A stretch of 64,000 nt of DNA from Desulfobacterales bacterium (GTDB taxonomy: Bacteria > Desulfobacterota > Desulfobacteria > Desulfobacterales > UBA5616): the NCBI GenBank assembly GCA_046483495.1, contig JAWODC010000082.1:1-64000 (forward strand), given 5' to 3'. A program made the translations under genes and the position numbers. Positions 41,469 to 51,145 of the stretch are shown piece after piece. Below the pieces are notes generated by a model. The model had not been told where the DNA came from. It made no database searches and saw only the letters and a program-made list of their open reading frames with translations. How positions within the stretch are numbered: the first letter of the stretch is position 1; every line of letters starts with the position of its first letter.

Positions 41469-44363
41469 ATGAGCTATAATGATATGAATGAATCGATCCC
41501 TCTTTACAACAGCAGAATAACCAAGATTTATGTGGAATATCTCCAACAGTATTACCCGGATATCGATTTGAAGTCTGTTTTAGATTATGCCGGGATGTCC
41601 AAAGAAGAACTTGAAGACCAGGCGCATTGGTTTTCACAATCCCAGGTTGACCGGTTTCAGGAGGCGATAACTCAAAAAACCGGAAATCCGAATATCGCGA
41701 GAGAAGCCGGGCGCTATGGATTCTCTTCTGAAGCCTTAGGAATTGCAAAACACTATATGTTAGGGCTGCTGAGCCTGACATCGCTTTACCTGCTTATCAG
41801 TAAAGTTTACTCCGTTTTCAGCAAGGCAGCAACGATAACCGGGAAAAAAATCAGTCGAAATAAAGTTGAAATCATATGTTCCCCCAAACCGGGAGTAAGG
41901 GAAAAACTCTATCAATGCCAAAACAGAATTGGAATGTTCGAGTCTGTTGCCAAGCTTTTCACTTCTGATTTTGCCGACATAAAACATACATCGTGCTTTC
42001 ATCGTGGAGCCTCATATTGCCGGTATGAAATTACATGGAAAAAAAAGACGTTTATGTTGTGGAAAGCCATCAGAAACTATTCCTACTTATTGGTTTCGGC
42101 GATGCTGATAATATCTTTTCCACTTATAGCGATGAAAAATTGGGTGCTTTTATTCGGCATCGGCTGTTCAATCTCGCTCATTTTTTCACTAATCCCGGAG
42201 ATTCTTGAAAAACGGGAACTGACGAATGCTATCGAGCTCCAGGGTGAATTAGCGAAAAAAATCCTGGATGAAATGGAAATACGACACAAGAATGCCCTTT
42301 TAATACAGGACATAGGACAAGCGATTTCGTCCATTTTGAATATAGACAAGCTCGTACAAGCCATTGCGAAAAGCATGAAAAATTATATGGATTATGACCG
42401 AGGGCTGATCATGCTTACCAATAGTGACAATACATCTTTGTTGTTTAAAGCCGGATATGGTTATGATGAAGAAGATGAAGAACTGCTGTCTAAAACAACC
42501 TTCAACCTCAAAAATCCATACTCCAAAGGCATTTTTGTTATTGCTTACAAGAAGAAAAAGCCGTTCCTGATAAACAGCATCGATGAAATTGAAAACGATC
42601 TTTCATATAAGAGCTTGAAATTCGCAAGAAAAATGCATGCCCAATCCATGATTTGCACGCCTATTGTATACGAAAAAGATTCACTTGGCATTCTTGCCGT
42701 TGATAATATCAGGACGAAGAGGCCTCTTACAAAAAGCGATTTAAACTTTCTAAATGGTGTGGCCTCTCAAATCGCCATCAGTATCAACAATGCCATATCA
42801 TATCAAAAACTACAAGCGAGTGAATCGAAGTACCGGGATTTAGTTGAGAATGCGAATAGCATTATCATGCGGCGAGACATCGAGGGAAAAATAATATTTT
42901 TCAATGAATTTGCACAAAAACTTTTTGATTTCAATGAAAATGAAATCATCGGAAAAAATTTTAATGACTTATTCCAAAAAGACCGTAAATCAGAAAAGGA
43001 TAATTTTGGATCGATTATAGCTTTAATTCGGCAGAACCCAAATAAAACCATCATAAACGAAGAAAAGGCGATACTGAAAGGCGGAAGACAAATTTGGATT
43101 ACATGGACATATAAGCCCATTTTTAATGCGGAAGGTGCGTTGTTTGAAATATTATGCATCGGAAATGATATAACCGAGCTCAAAAAAGCGGCAATAGAAA
43201 AAAAACAACTGGAAGCCAGCCTTGAAAGGGCCCGAAAAATGGAGGCATTAGGGACTCTTGCAGGTGGCGTTGCACACGATCTCAACAATATTTTATCAGG
43301 CATTGTCAGCTATCCGGAGTTGCTGTTAATGGATCTTCCGCCTGAAAGTAAGCTTCGAAGACCTTTGGAAACCATACAGAAGTCGGGAGAAAAAGCGGCC
43401 GCCATCGTTCAAGACCTATTAACGCTTGCCCGAAGAGGAATCGTAAATAGAAAAATCATCAATCTAAATGATCTCATTATCGATTATTTGAAGAGCCCTG
43501 AATTCGAACATTTAAAGATGCGCCACCCGCGTGTTTCGATTCTTCATGATCTTGATAAGAACTTACTGAACATCTCCGGATCTCCCATTCATCTGACAAA
43601 AACCGTCATGAATTTAGTGACCAATGCGGTGGAATCGATCGAGAATACGGGAAGTGTCACCATTAAGACGATGAATAAATATGTAAGTAAGGTTCTAACG
43701 ACCTTCGATAAAGTAACTGAGGGAGATTACATAACCTTAACGATAATCGATAACGGCATTGGAATTTCGGAAGAGGACATTGAACGAATCTTCGAACCCT
43801 TTTATTCGAAAAAGAAAATGGGTAAAAGTGGAACAGGTCTTGGTATGGCGGTAGTCTGGGGAACCCTAAAAGACCACAATGGGTACATCGATGTAAAGAG
43901 CAAGGAAGGTTCAGGGACCACGTTTACCATATATTTTCCCGCTACACGAAAATCCGGCACGGAAGTGGAGCATCCTGTTTTAAAGGAAGATTTGAAGGGA
44001 AATGGTGAGTTGTTGTTAATAGTGGATGATGTTGAAGAACAAAGAGAAATTGCCGTTAAAATATCGGAGAGATTAAATTACAGGCCTGTAGCGGTTTCAA
44101 GCGGTGAGGAAGGCATAGACTTTGTAAAAAAGAATTCCGTTGACCTTCTTATCCTCGATATGATTCTCGAGGGGGGTATGGACGGCCTTGAAACCTTCAA
44201 GAAAATTTTGCAAATTAATCCCAATCAAAAAGCCATTATTGTCAGTGGATACAGTGAAACCGACCGTGTTAAAGAGGCTCAAGAGCTCGGTGCCGGCTCC
44301 TATCTAAAAAAACCATTCATTCTTGAAGATTTTGCAAAATCTGTAAAATTAAATTTGAAATAA
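41469..44363 (+). CDS. Hybrid sensor histidine kinase (V4R-like N-terminus, 2 TM, GAF, PAS, HisKA, HATPase, REC)
   Basis: C...C..RG..YCRY V4R-like motif; two hydrophobic helices; GAF GILAVDN; H-box AHDLNNIL; NLVTNA, DNGIG, GTGLG; receiver LIVDD, LILDM, KPF. Confidence 0.92.
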   Translation: MSYNDMNESIPLYNSRITKIYVEYLQQYYPDIDLKSVLDYAGMSKEELEDQAHWFSQSQVDRFQEAITQKTGNPNIAREAGRYGFSSEALGIAKHYMLGLLSLTSLYLLISKVYSVFSKAATITGKKISRNKVEIICSPKPGVREKLYQCQNRIGMFESVAKLFTSDFADIKHTSCFHRGASYCRYEITWKKKTFMLWKAIRNYSYLLVSAMLIISFPLIAMKNWVLLFGIGCSISLIFSLIPEILEKRELTNAIELQGELAKKILDEMEIRHKNALLIQDIGQAISSILNIDKLVQAIAKSMKNYMDYDRGLIMLTNSDNTSLLFKAGYGYDEEDEELLSKTTFNLKNPYSKGIFVIAYKKKKPFLINSIDEIENDLSYKSLKFARKMHAQSMICTPIVYEKDSLGILAVDNIRTKRPLTKSDLNFLNGVASQIAISINNAISYQKLQASESKYRDLVENANSIIMRRDIEGKIIFFNEFAQKLFDFNENEIIGKNFNDLFQKDRKSEKDNFGSIIALIRQNPNKTIINEEKAILKGGRQIWITWTYKPIFNAEGALFEILCIGNDITELKKAAIEKKQLEASLERARKMEALGTLAGGVAHDLNNILSGIVSYPELLLMDLPPESKLRRPLETIQKSGEKAAAIVQDLLTLARRGIVNRKIINLNDLIIDYLKSPEFEHLKMRHPRVSILHDLDKNLLNISGSPIHLTKTVMNLVTNAVESIENTGSVTIKTMNKYVSKVLTTFDKVTEGDYITLTIIDNGIGISEEDIERIFEPFYSKKKMGKSGTGLGMAVVWGTLKDHNGYIDVKSKEGSGTTFTIYFPATRKSGTEVEHPVLKEDLKGNGELLLIVDDVEEQREIAVKISERLNYRPVAVSSGEEGIDFVKKNSVDLLILDMILEGGMDGLETFKKILQINPNQKAIIVSGYSETDRVKEAQELGAGSYLKKPFILEDFAKSVKLNLK

Positions 44364-44427
44364 AATCAGGATTATCATATAGCTCTCCAACAGAATGCAA
44401 AATTTTCCAACCCAATGGAACTATATT

Positions 44428-45807
44428 ATGCCACGACTTCTTTTAATCAATCCCTCAAATCGACATAAAGGCTTAGGCAACATTCAACCAACAGCATTTC
44501 CGCCTTTAAATTTGCCCTATTTGGCGGCTTTGACACCCCGTCACTATCAAATCGAAATTATCGATGAAAATATTGAGCCTTTCAGATTCAAGGAAGCTGA
44601 TGTAGCAGCCATAACCTCCTACACAGCCACAGTAAACCGAGCATATCAAATCGCCGATAGTTACCGTAAAAAAAATATTCCTGTGATTATGGGTGGCATA
44701 CATGTATCCATGATGCCTGAAGAGGCAATAAGGTATTGTGATGCGGTTGTTGTTGGTGAAGCGGAATCCATTTGGGCGAAAGTGCTTGAAGATGTTGAAA
44801 ATCACCGCCTCCAAAAAATATATAACGGCAAACGATTGGATTTGAAAGATCTGCCCATCCCTGACCGAAGCATTCTAAAAAATTCGTACTATAGGTGGGG
44901 GAGCATCCAAACATCCCGGGGATGTCCAATGAACTGCTCGTTCTGCTCTGTCAGCGTCTTCAATGGAAGATCTTTTCGCAGAAGGCCGCTGGACAGCGTT
45001 ATTGAAGAACTTGAAGGAATACCCCAAAAATGGATTCTGATCTGTGATGATAATATCATAGGATATGGAAAAGAAGATCTGGAATGGGCCAGGCGGTTTT
45101 TTGAACGCGTAATAGAAAAAAAAATAAAAAAAATATTTTTTGCTCAGTCATCCATTCAAATAGGAGAAGATAAGGAATTCTTGAAACTTGCTTCGAGAGC
45201 GGGACTCAGGATCGTTTTTGTCGGGATGGAATCGATCGACAAGAAAACCCTTAGTGCTTACGGCAAAAATGTTAATTTGGTGCGATTACAAAATAACCAA
45301 TACAAAAACCTGATCGCCAATATTCGAAAAGCCGGAATTCTTTTCCTCGGGGCTTTCGTGGTCGGAGGCGACGGTGAGGATAAATCGGTATTCGATTCAA
45401 CGCTGCAATTTATAAAATCTTCCGGTATTGACATACTTCAGGTTACCAAATTAACACCTTTGCCCGGAACGAAAATATGGGAAAAAATGCATCAGGAAAA
45501 AAGAATGCTGAATCTGGAATATCCCCAGGCGTGGGACGATTTCCGCTTTTCGAGAATCTTATACCAACCTGCAGACATGGATATAGAAGATATATATGAA
45601 GGATATGCTTACCTGAAAAACAACTATTTCAGCCCTTTAGTGTCAGCAAAAAGAACCTTGTCTACACTAATGAATTTAAAGAGCCTTTCCTCGACAATAA
45701 TAGCACACAAGATTAACAAATCGTATAAAAAGGCTTTTCGTGAGTCGGACAATTTTCATTATGCCCAACGACCGGACTTGATCAAGAAATTTAGAATATC
45801 AGGATAA
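44428..45807 (+). CDS. B12-binding domain radical SAM protein
   Basis: FPPLNL, MGGIH, GEAE, RGCPMNCSFC, DDNIIG, TPLPGT. Confidence 0.9.
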   Translation: MPRLLLINPSNRHKGLGNIQPTAFPPLNLPYLAALTPRHYQIEIIDENIEPFRFKEADVAAITSYTATVNRAYQIADSYRKKNIPVIMGGIHVSMMPEEAIRYCDAVVVGEAESIWAKVLEDVENHRLQKIYNGKRLDLKDLPIPDRSILKNSYYRWGSIQTSRGCPMNCSFCSVSVFNGRSFRRRPLDSVIEELEGIPQKWILICDDNIIGYGKEDLEWARRFFERVIEKKIKKIFFAQSSIQIGEDKEFLKLASRAGLRIVFVGMESIDKKTLSAYGKNVNLVRLQNNQYKNLIANIRKAGILFLGAFVVGGDGEDKSVFDSTLQFIKSSGIDILQVTKLTPLPGTKIWEKMHQEKRMLNLEYPQAWDDFRFSRILYQPADMDIEDIYEGYAYLKNNYFSPLVSAKRTLSTLMNLKSLSSTIIAHKINKSYKKAFRESDNFHYAQRPDLIKKFRISG

Positions 45808-45978
45808 TTTTTCCCCGGTTTTTCAATGCCGTCCAGGGATGGTTGATATACTCCATTTCTAATATGGCCGGCAATTTTTAATCCCCATAATACTTAACGT
45901 ATCCTGTGGTTAACATTTTTCGGTCGTCTTGAACTGAAGCGAATTTTTCTGATAACACTGTTTTAGAAAGCTTATGCA

Positions 45979-46791
45979 ATGAAATCGTTTGATTATTTAA
46001 TGGACAGCAATAAAGAAACCTTGAGGTTGGACGTAAAAACCGATCCGGACACCGTGATAAAACAAGCAACCTGGGCAGGTTTAAAGAAGGGCATGAGGGT
46101 TGCCGATATGGGGTTTGGATCAGGCAAGACGAGTTACGCTTTGCATAAATTAACAGGCGCTGATGGGGAAGTGGTGGGGTTGGATTTCGCTGAGGATAGA
46201 ATTTCTTTTGCAAGAAAACATTACAAAAAAGATGGCATTGATTTTTTGTGCAAGGATATCCGCAAGCCGATCGAAGATGTTGGGACGTTTGATTTTATAT
46301 ACGTACGTTTTGTTCTTGAATACTACCGATCGGAAAGCTTTGATATTGTAAAAAACATTTCCGATGTGCTCAGCCCGAATGGGATCCTGACTCTCATCGA
46401 TCTGGATCATAACTGTCTGAACCATTACGGTCTTTCAAAAAAGCTGGAGATGACATTATTTGATATAATGGAAGTTCTGCAAAAAGAGGCTAATTTTGAT
46501 CCGTATGCCGGCAGAAAGTTGTATCATTATCTTTGGGAACTTGGATATGAAGATATCGATGTCGACATGAAACCGCACCATCTGATATTCGGGGAACTAA
46601 AGGATATCGATGCTTATAATTGGACAAAAAAAGCTCAAGTTGCAGTAAAAAAGGCGGGATATGATTTCCCACGATATTCAGGCAGTTTTGATGCTTTTTA
46701 TGATGATTTCATGGCCTTCTTCAACCATCCGGGCAGGTTTACGTATACCCCGTTGCTGTGCTGTAGGGGGAGAAAACCTGAAAATGCTTAG
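45979..46791 (+). CDS. Class I SAM-dependent methyltransferase
   Basis: RVADMGFGSG motif I, VVGLD, FDFIYVRFVLEY, LSPNG. Confidence 0.9.
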   Translation: MKSFDYLMDSNKETLRLDVKTDPDTVIKQATWAGLKKGMRVADMGFGSGKTSYALHKLTGADGEVVGLDFAEDRISFARKHYKKDGIDFLCKDIRKPIEDVGTFDFIYVRFVLEYYRSESFDIVKNISDVLSPNGILTLIDLDHNCLNHYGLSKKLEMTLFDIMEVLQKEANFDPYAGRKLYHYLWELGYEDIDVDMKPHHLIFGELKDIDAYNWTKKAQVAVKKAGYDFPRYSGSFDAFYDDFMAFFNHPGRFTYTPLLCCRGRKPENA

Positions 46792-46936
46792 AAGTGGTTT
46801 CAAAACCTCCCCTCAGGCCCAATATCGGCGTTGGGATGAATGATTCAATTCTCAAAATACCTTATGTATTCCTGTGCTTGAATCCTTCCTCCCGCCTTGA
46901 TCTTGGACCTGATTGAAGGTTTTGAAACCACTTCTA
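46789..46936. mobile_element. 148-bp MITE-like element with 20-bp perfect terminal inverted repeats
   Basis: TAGAAGTGGTTTCAAAACCT (46789-46808) and AGGTTTTGAAACCACTTCTA (46917-46936); TA at both ends; no coding capacity. Confidence 0.75.
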
Positions 46937-46980
46937 GAAGTATTTTCAATCTTCGATTTTCGATTGCCGGTTGGTTAAGC

Positions 46981-49029
46981 CTATTTCTCAACGGCATTCA
47001 CCCTTCTAAAAAGACGATGGAGGTTTCGAAAATAAGAATCCGAGTAATTTACATTCAAAATCCACAGGTTGTAGATTTTTTCGTACTCCAAATTCCATGC
47101 AGAGGCGTAACCGGTTGGCAATAAAAGGACCGGAATGGTTTCTGTCTCATAGTAACGGGAAACCCCTGAAAGCAAGGATGCCAAAATATCCGGTGCAACC
47201 TCGCTTTCATCTAAAATAAACAAAGAGATGCAGTTGGCAAGTTCGGATAAATTCAGCCCCACATCGGATACATTGACCAGAACAACAGCCTTGAGCACAT
47301 TGTCCTTTCGTAATGCCAATACCCGCTTTTCCCGCTTAAATCCCAATTGCTCGTAGTCATCCGCTGTTTGATCTCTTTCCGCATTCATATGATCGAGTTC
47401 GAAGGCATGCAGCATCAGACCGTCCGATATATTTTGGTAGTACAAAGCCAGTTCTTCATAGTCCGACGGCCGGGTTTTTTCAAGGCGCCATTCAGGCTGA
47501 AAATCCGTTTGGTCATCGGCGGACTTCCGGTAGTGCAGGTATAGAAAAGAATCCAATGAGCAGGCCCTTTTATTGGCTATTTTTTCTGAAATGCCGCCAA
47601 AAACCCGGTTTGGGAATTTATTTTCCGGTCTGAAATAGCAGAACACATAATTCATGTTGATGGTGGAAATATTATTGGATTCGTTGATAAATCTGCCGAT
47701 TTGATTAAGAACATCCAAGCCGGCTTTAATCGAAATTCTGCTGTTTGCGGCGTAATGGTGAATCATCCAGGACTTTGCATACAGGCGTATAATGGCCATA
47801 TGGCCTAATATTTCACCTTTTTCCTGATAGAGAAAGTGCCTGAACAATCGTTGAGACTTATTGTATACCTTCTCATAGATTTCTTTTATTGCTTCTTTTT
47901 TGGATGCAATGAAGGCATATTTCTCAGGATAGATAAATCCCGAGTCAAAGAAAAATCGCCACAGATCATTCATATAGACGGTGTTGCCCAAAAAATCGTT
48001 GGTATTTTTTGCCTGCCATAACAGCGCCAAAAGTTTCCCATGATCCTCGATACACATGTGCAGAATCGCGGCGCCGCATCTGACGGTGTCTCCCCCTTTT
48101 TCATCATTTATCATGTTTCGGTAAAGAATTTGAACCATGCAGATTAAGTTAAGCGAATCCGCAAAACTGATTTGAACTTCGGGTATAACCATTCCGGGCA
48201 CCAGCACGGCTCCGTCGAATGCTTCCTCAAGTGAAAATCCGGAACCGGATATATCAATCACCTTCAAATTGGTATATTCATGTGTGAATGGATGGGAAAA
48301 TGACATGTATGGGGCCGGTACCAAACGCTGTCTTTCCGCTCGGTAATCTTTGGGCTTATAGCGGCGCACTTTCTGTTTTACAGGCTTTAGTATGATGTCG
48401 CCGGTCTTCATATCCGACAAATGGTCGATGATTTTACAATTTCCGGCATAGAGCATATGTCGATTATCGGAGATGAGCAGCATGACTTCCACTTCGGGGT
48501 CTACCCACAACAGAGACGCATAGTTCTTTTCAAAAATTTTGATGTGAAACGATACAGGGTTGAAATCCAGCAGTTTTCCTTCAAAACAGACGCTGTTTTG
48601 AATCAGCTTGATTTCTACTCCTGTACAGGTAAACCGCCTCATCCTCCTGGATTCGATTTCCAGACAGGTTTGGGGAAGCAGCACCCGAATACCCTTCTCA
48701 TTCATATGAAAGTCCGGGGGTTTGACTACGATGACGTTTTTTTCGTTTATGATGCTGATCTTGTCGAACATGTACAATTTGAGGTCGCGTAATTTATCCA
48801 ATTCATACGGCTGCCACAAGCATAAGAGTTCTTCACCAAAACAAGGCTGTGGGGATGCTTTGATCGAAATGCAATGGTCATACGCAAGATGCTTGAAGTC
48901 GATCAGAACGAAACCATCCAGGAAGTTGATGTAGTTCAACTTGTTTACGAGATATTTTTTCCGGATCTCTTTCCTGGAAAGAATAATCTCTTCTGAATAG
49001 TTCGTATCGTCGTTTTGTTCTTTCAGCAT
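46981..49029 (-). CDS. Tandem PilZ-domain protein with large C-terminal domain (possibly GNAT-like)
   Basis: RRMRR...DFNPVSF and RAERQR...DISGSG (RxxxR plus D/NxSxxG); C-terminal FIYPEKY, GHMAIIR, WMIHH, YFRPEN.FP. Confidence 0.75.
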   Translation of the reverse strand: MLKEQNDDTNYSEEIILSRKEIRKKYLVNKLNYINFLDGFVLIDFKHLAYDHCISIKASPQPCFGEELLCLWQPYELDKLRDLKLYMFDKISIINEKNVIVVKPPDFHMNEKGIRVLLPQTCLEIESRRMRRFTCTGVEIKLIQNSVCFEGKLLDFNPVSFHIKIFEKNYASLLWVDPEVEVMLLISDNRHMLYAGNCKIIDHLSDMKTGDIILKPVKQKVRRYKPKDYRAERQRLVPAPYMSFSHPFTHEYTNLKVIDISGSGFSLEEAFDGAVLVPGMVIPEVQISFADSLNLICMVQILYRNMINDEKGGDTVRCGAAILHMCIEDHGKLLALLWQAKNTNDFLGNTVYMNDLWRFFFDSGFIYPEKYAFIASKKEAIKEIYEKVYNKSQRLFRHFLYQEKGEILGHMAIIRLYAKSWMIHHYAANSRISIKAGLDVLNQIGRFINESNNISTINMNYVFCYFRPENKFPNRVFGGISEKIANKRACSLDSFLYLHYRKSADDQTDFQPEWRLEKTRPSDYEELALYYQNISDGLMLHAFELDHMNAERDQTADDYEQLGFKREKRVLALRKDNVLKAVVLVNVSDVGLNLSELANCISLFILDESEVAPDILASLLSGVSRYYETETIPVLLLPTGYASAWNLEYEKIYNLWILNVNYSDSYFRNLHRLFRRVNAVEK

Positions 49030-49253
49030 GCCGGATGCTTTTTATGGATGGAATTACATATCTCGAGGGGTTTTGTGAAGCGGTTTCGAACCCCTGTACA
49101 AGTAACACGTCATCGCGCCCGGTAACTGCCATTCGACCGAGTGAAGCCGCTTCAGTCGCAAGACGGTTGTGATTTGTAGCAAAATAAACGTGGAGTGTCA
49201 AGATATGCTGCGATTTTGAGCATTTAAACAGTATAATTTATAGGGTGCCGCCC

Positions 49254-50885
49254 CTAACCGGCGTAATCCATAATTTGAGTGATCGGCAGCGTGGCAATAT
49301 CGATAAACTTGCCATATTCATGATCATCTTTTTCCAGAAAATCGATTATTCGAGAAAAGGTGTTTTGGGTAAAAACGGTTTGCCCGCGAACGTTTCGGTT
49401 TACACCGAATTGAAGGCATTCGACCTGGCTTGCATCGAGTTTTCCAATGACGGATTTGGTCGTCCATATCTGCCCGTTTCGGGCGAAATCAGACAACCTC
49501 CCTGCGTAATTGATTGAATCGCCCAACGCGGTAAATTCGATGGTCGGGGCGGAACGTATCGTACCGAAAAACTCATGGCCTTCATTGATGCCGATATTCA
49601 GATACATATCCTCGAACCAGTTTTTTTTGATTTTCCATCGGCTGCTGAATTCCTTCATCCGCTTTCTTAATTCAAGTGCGCAGTGGATCGCATTCATCAG
49701 GTAATCGTTGCCCGGCTTTTTGACGAAATAATACAGCATGCCGTCACCGGCATGCTTTCCGTATATGCCGTTGAATTCATCGAAACATCCGGCTAAGGAT
49801 TCCCATAAGCCGTTGATGAGGCTGAAATACTCACCGGGAAGAAGTTCGGCGCTGATTTTTACCGAGTCCTGCAGGTCGGCGACAAGCACACATAAGGAGA
49901 CCAGTGACGGCATCCGGTGCTTTAAAAGATCCTTGATGACGATTTCGCGTTTCGACAAATACGCCATGAGGTCGTGGCCGACTTCCTCTGCCGGTGCGTA
50001 AACGAAAAGTGTCCCCTCCCGAAAAACCGTCCGGTATACCTTGAAATAATCGACACTGCCGTCCTGTTTAAACAGTTGAAGGGGTGCGCAGTCAATGGGC
50101 TCCGGCTGCTGTTTTCTGCTCGAATCCGCATCGTAGATGTCTTTCAGGCAATCGGCTTCCGCCTCCGATATCCCCGAATAAAGGTCGGACAACGTTTCCC
50201 TCGAAAAGGCTAAACCGTCGATCGGCATATGGTGGGAAACGATATCTTTCCAGTTGGCGACCCTGGATTGAAACTCGAACCCGAAAAACAGTTTGAATAT
50301 GTTTCGTGATTCGATATCCGTGATGTCGGTGATGCGCCTGTTGAATATCAGCTTTTCCGCCTCCGGGTTGATCCATTCCACCTCGAAATTGTGGTTGACC
50401 AGATAGGCAGGGATCTTCAGATCGCTGATGGTGAGGGTAAAATCGCGCCTGTCGACGGAAATCGCAGCATCCCTTATTTCCGGTTTATCGGGTTTCAAAG
50501 GAATTCTTTCCGGCATTTCCGTTTGTTTCAGGGGCATGCTTTCGGGCGCCACGTCATCGGGCTCTATATGCCCGGCGGCTTCTACATCACTTTCCCGATC
50601 GGGGAACATGTGAACGACCCGCGAGTCTTTGCCGAATTGTCGGGCGATTCTCTCCATGGGCTCACCCTCCTGTTTTAACCGTTTCACAAGGTCTATCCGC
50701 CAAATGACACTTTCGGGAAAGTACCCGATATGCTTGGTGCCCTGCAGGTCTTCACCGGCTTTTCTGACATCCGGTTTGGGCAAAATTCCCATTTTGATAT
50801 AATTATTCAGTGTCGCGCGGGAAATGCCCGTCTTTTTAAGAACCTCTTTGCTGGTGATCATGTTTTGCGTTTTGGAATCGTCCAT
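49254..50885 (-). CDS. MerR-type HTH fused to PAS-like region and class III adenylate/guanylate cyclase (start 50885-50924)
   Basis: SKEVLKKTGISRATLNNYIKMGILPKP HTH; cyclase VADLQDS, KHAGDG, IGINEG, FTALGDSINYAGRL. Confidence 0.85.
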   Translation of the reverse strand: MDDSKTQNMITSKEVLKKTGISRATLNNYIKMGILPKPDVRKAGEDLQGTKHIGYFPESVIWRIDLVKRLKQEGEPMERIARQFGKDSRVVHMFPDRESDVEAAGHIEPDDVAPESMPLKQTEMPERIPLKPDKPEIRDAAISVDRRDFTLTISDLKIPAYLVNHNFEVEWINPEAEKLIFNRRITDITDIESRNIFKLFFGFEFQSRVANWKDIVSHHMPIDGLAFSRETLSDLYSGISEAEADCLKDIYDADSSRKQQPEPIDCAPLQLFKQDGSVDYFKVYRTVFREGTLFVYAPAEEVGHDLMAYLSKREIVIKDLLKHRMPSLVSLCVLVADLQDSVKISAELLPGEYFSLINGLWESLAGCFDEFNGIYGKHAGDGMLYYFVKKPGNDYLMNAIHCALELRKRMKEFSSRWKIKKNWFEDMYLNIGINEGHEFFGTIRSAPTIEFTALGDSINYAGRLSDFARNGQIWTTKSVIGKLDASQVECLQFGVNRNVRGQTVFTQNTFSRIIDFLEKDDHEYGKFIDIATLPITQIMDYAG

Positions 50886-50950
50886 AATCATCTCTTTGCG
50901 TGTATGGTGGTTTAACCGGCGCAAAAATCAGAAGAATCGCTCCTGCACTC

Positions 50951-50978
50951 ATTTAAACAGTTTAAATACTAATGTCAA
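50951..50978 (-). promoter_or_regulatory. Promoter of the MerR-cyclase gene with an overlapping palindromic operator
   Basis: TTGACA (minus strand, 50973-50978) followed by ATTTAAAC-W-GTTTAAAT dyad (50951-50967) in the spacer/-10 region. Confidence 0.6.
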
Positions 50979-51145
50979 GATGTTTTTTACAACTGTATAA
51001 ATATTATGATATCTTTAAATTATCAATAAACCAACCAGAACATACGAAGGATACCGGACTTTATTTAAACTGTTTAAAGGTTATGCTTATACATTTTTAT
51101 CGTGCAGCTTAGTACAGTTAATGTCCACCGATTGACGGCTCATTA

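Noticed and set aside
49060..49170. c-di-GMP-I (GEMM) or c-di-GMP-II riboswitch
   Set aside because: The GGCAAA..GAAA..GACGCAAA core and class II pseudoknot motifs were not found; kept only as an unclassified structured leader
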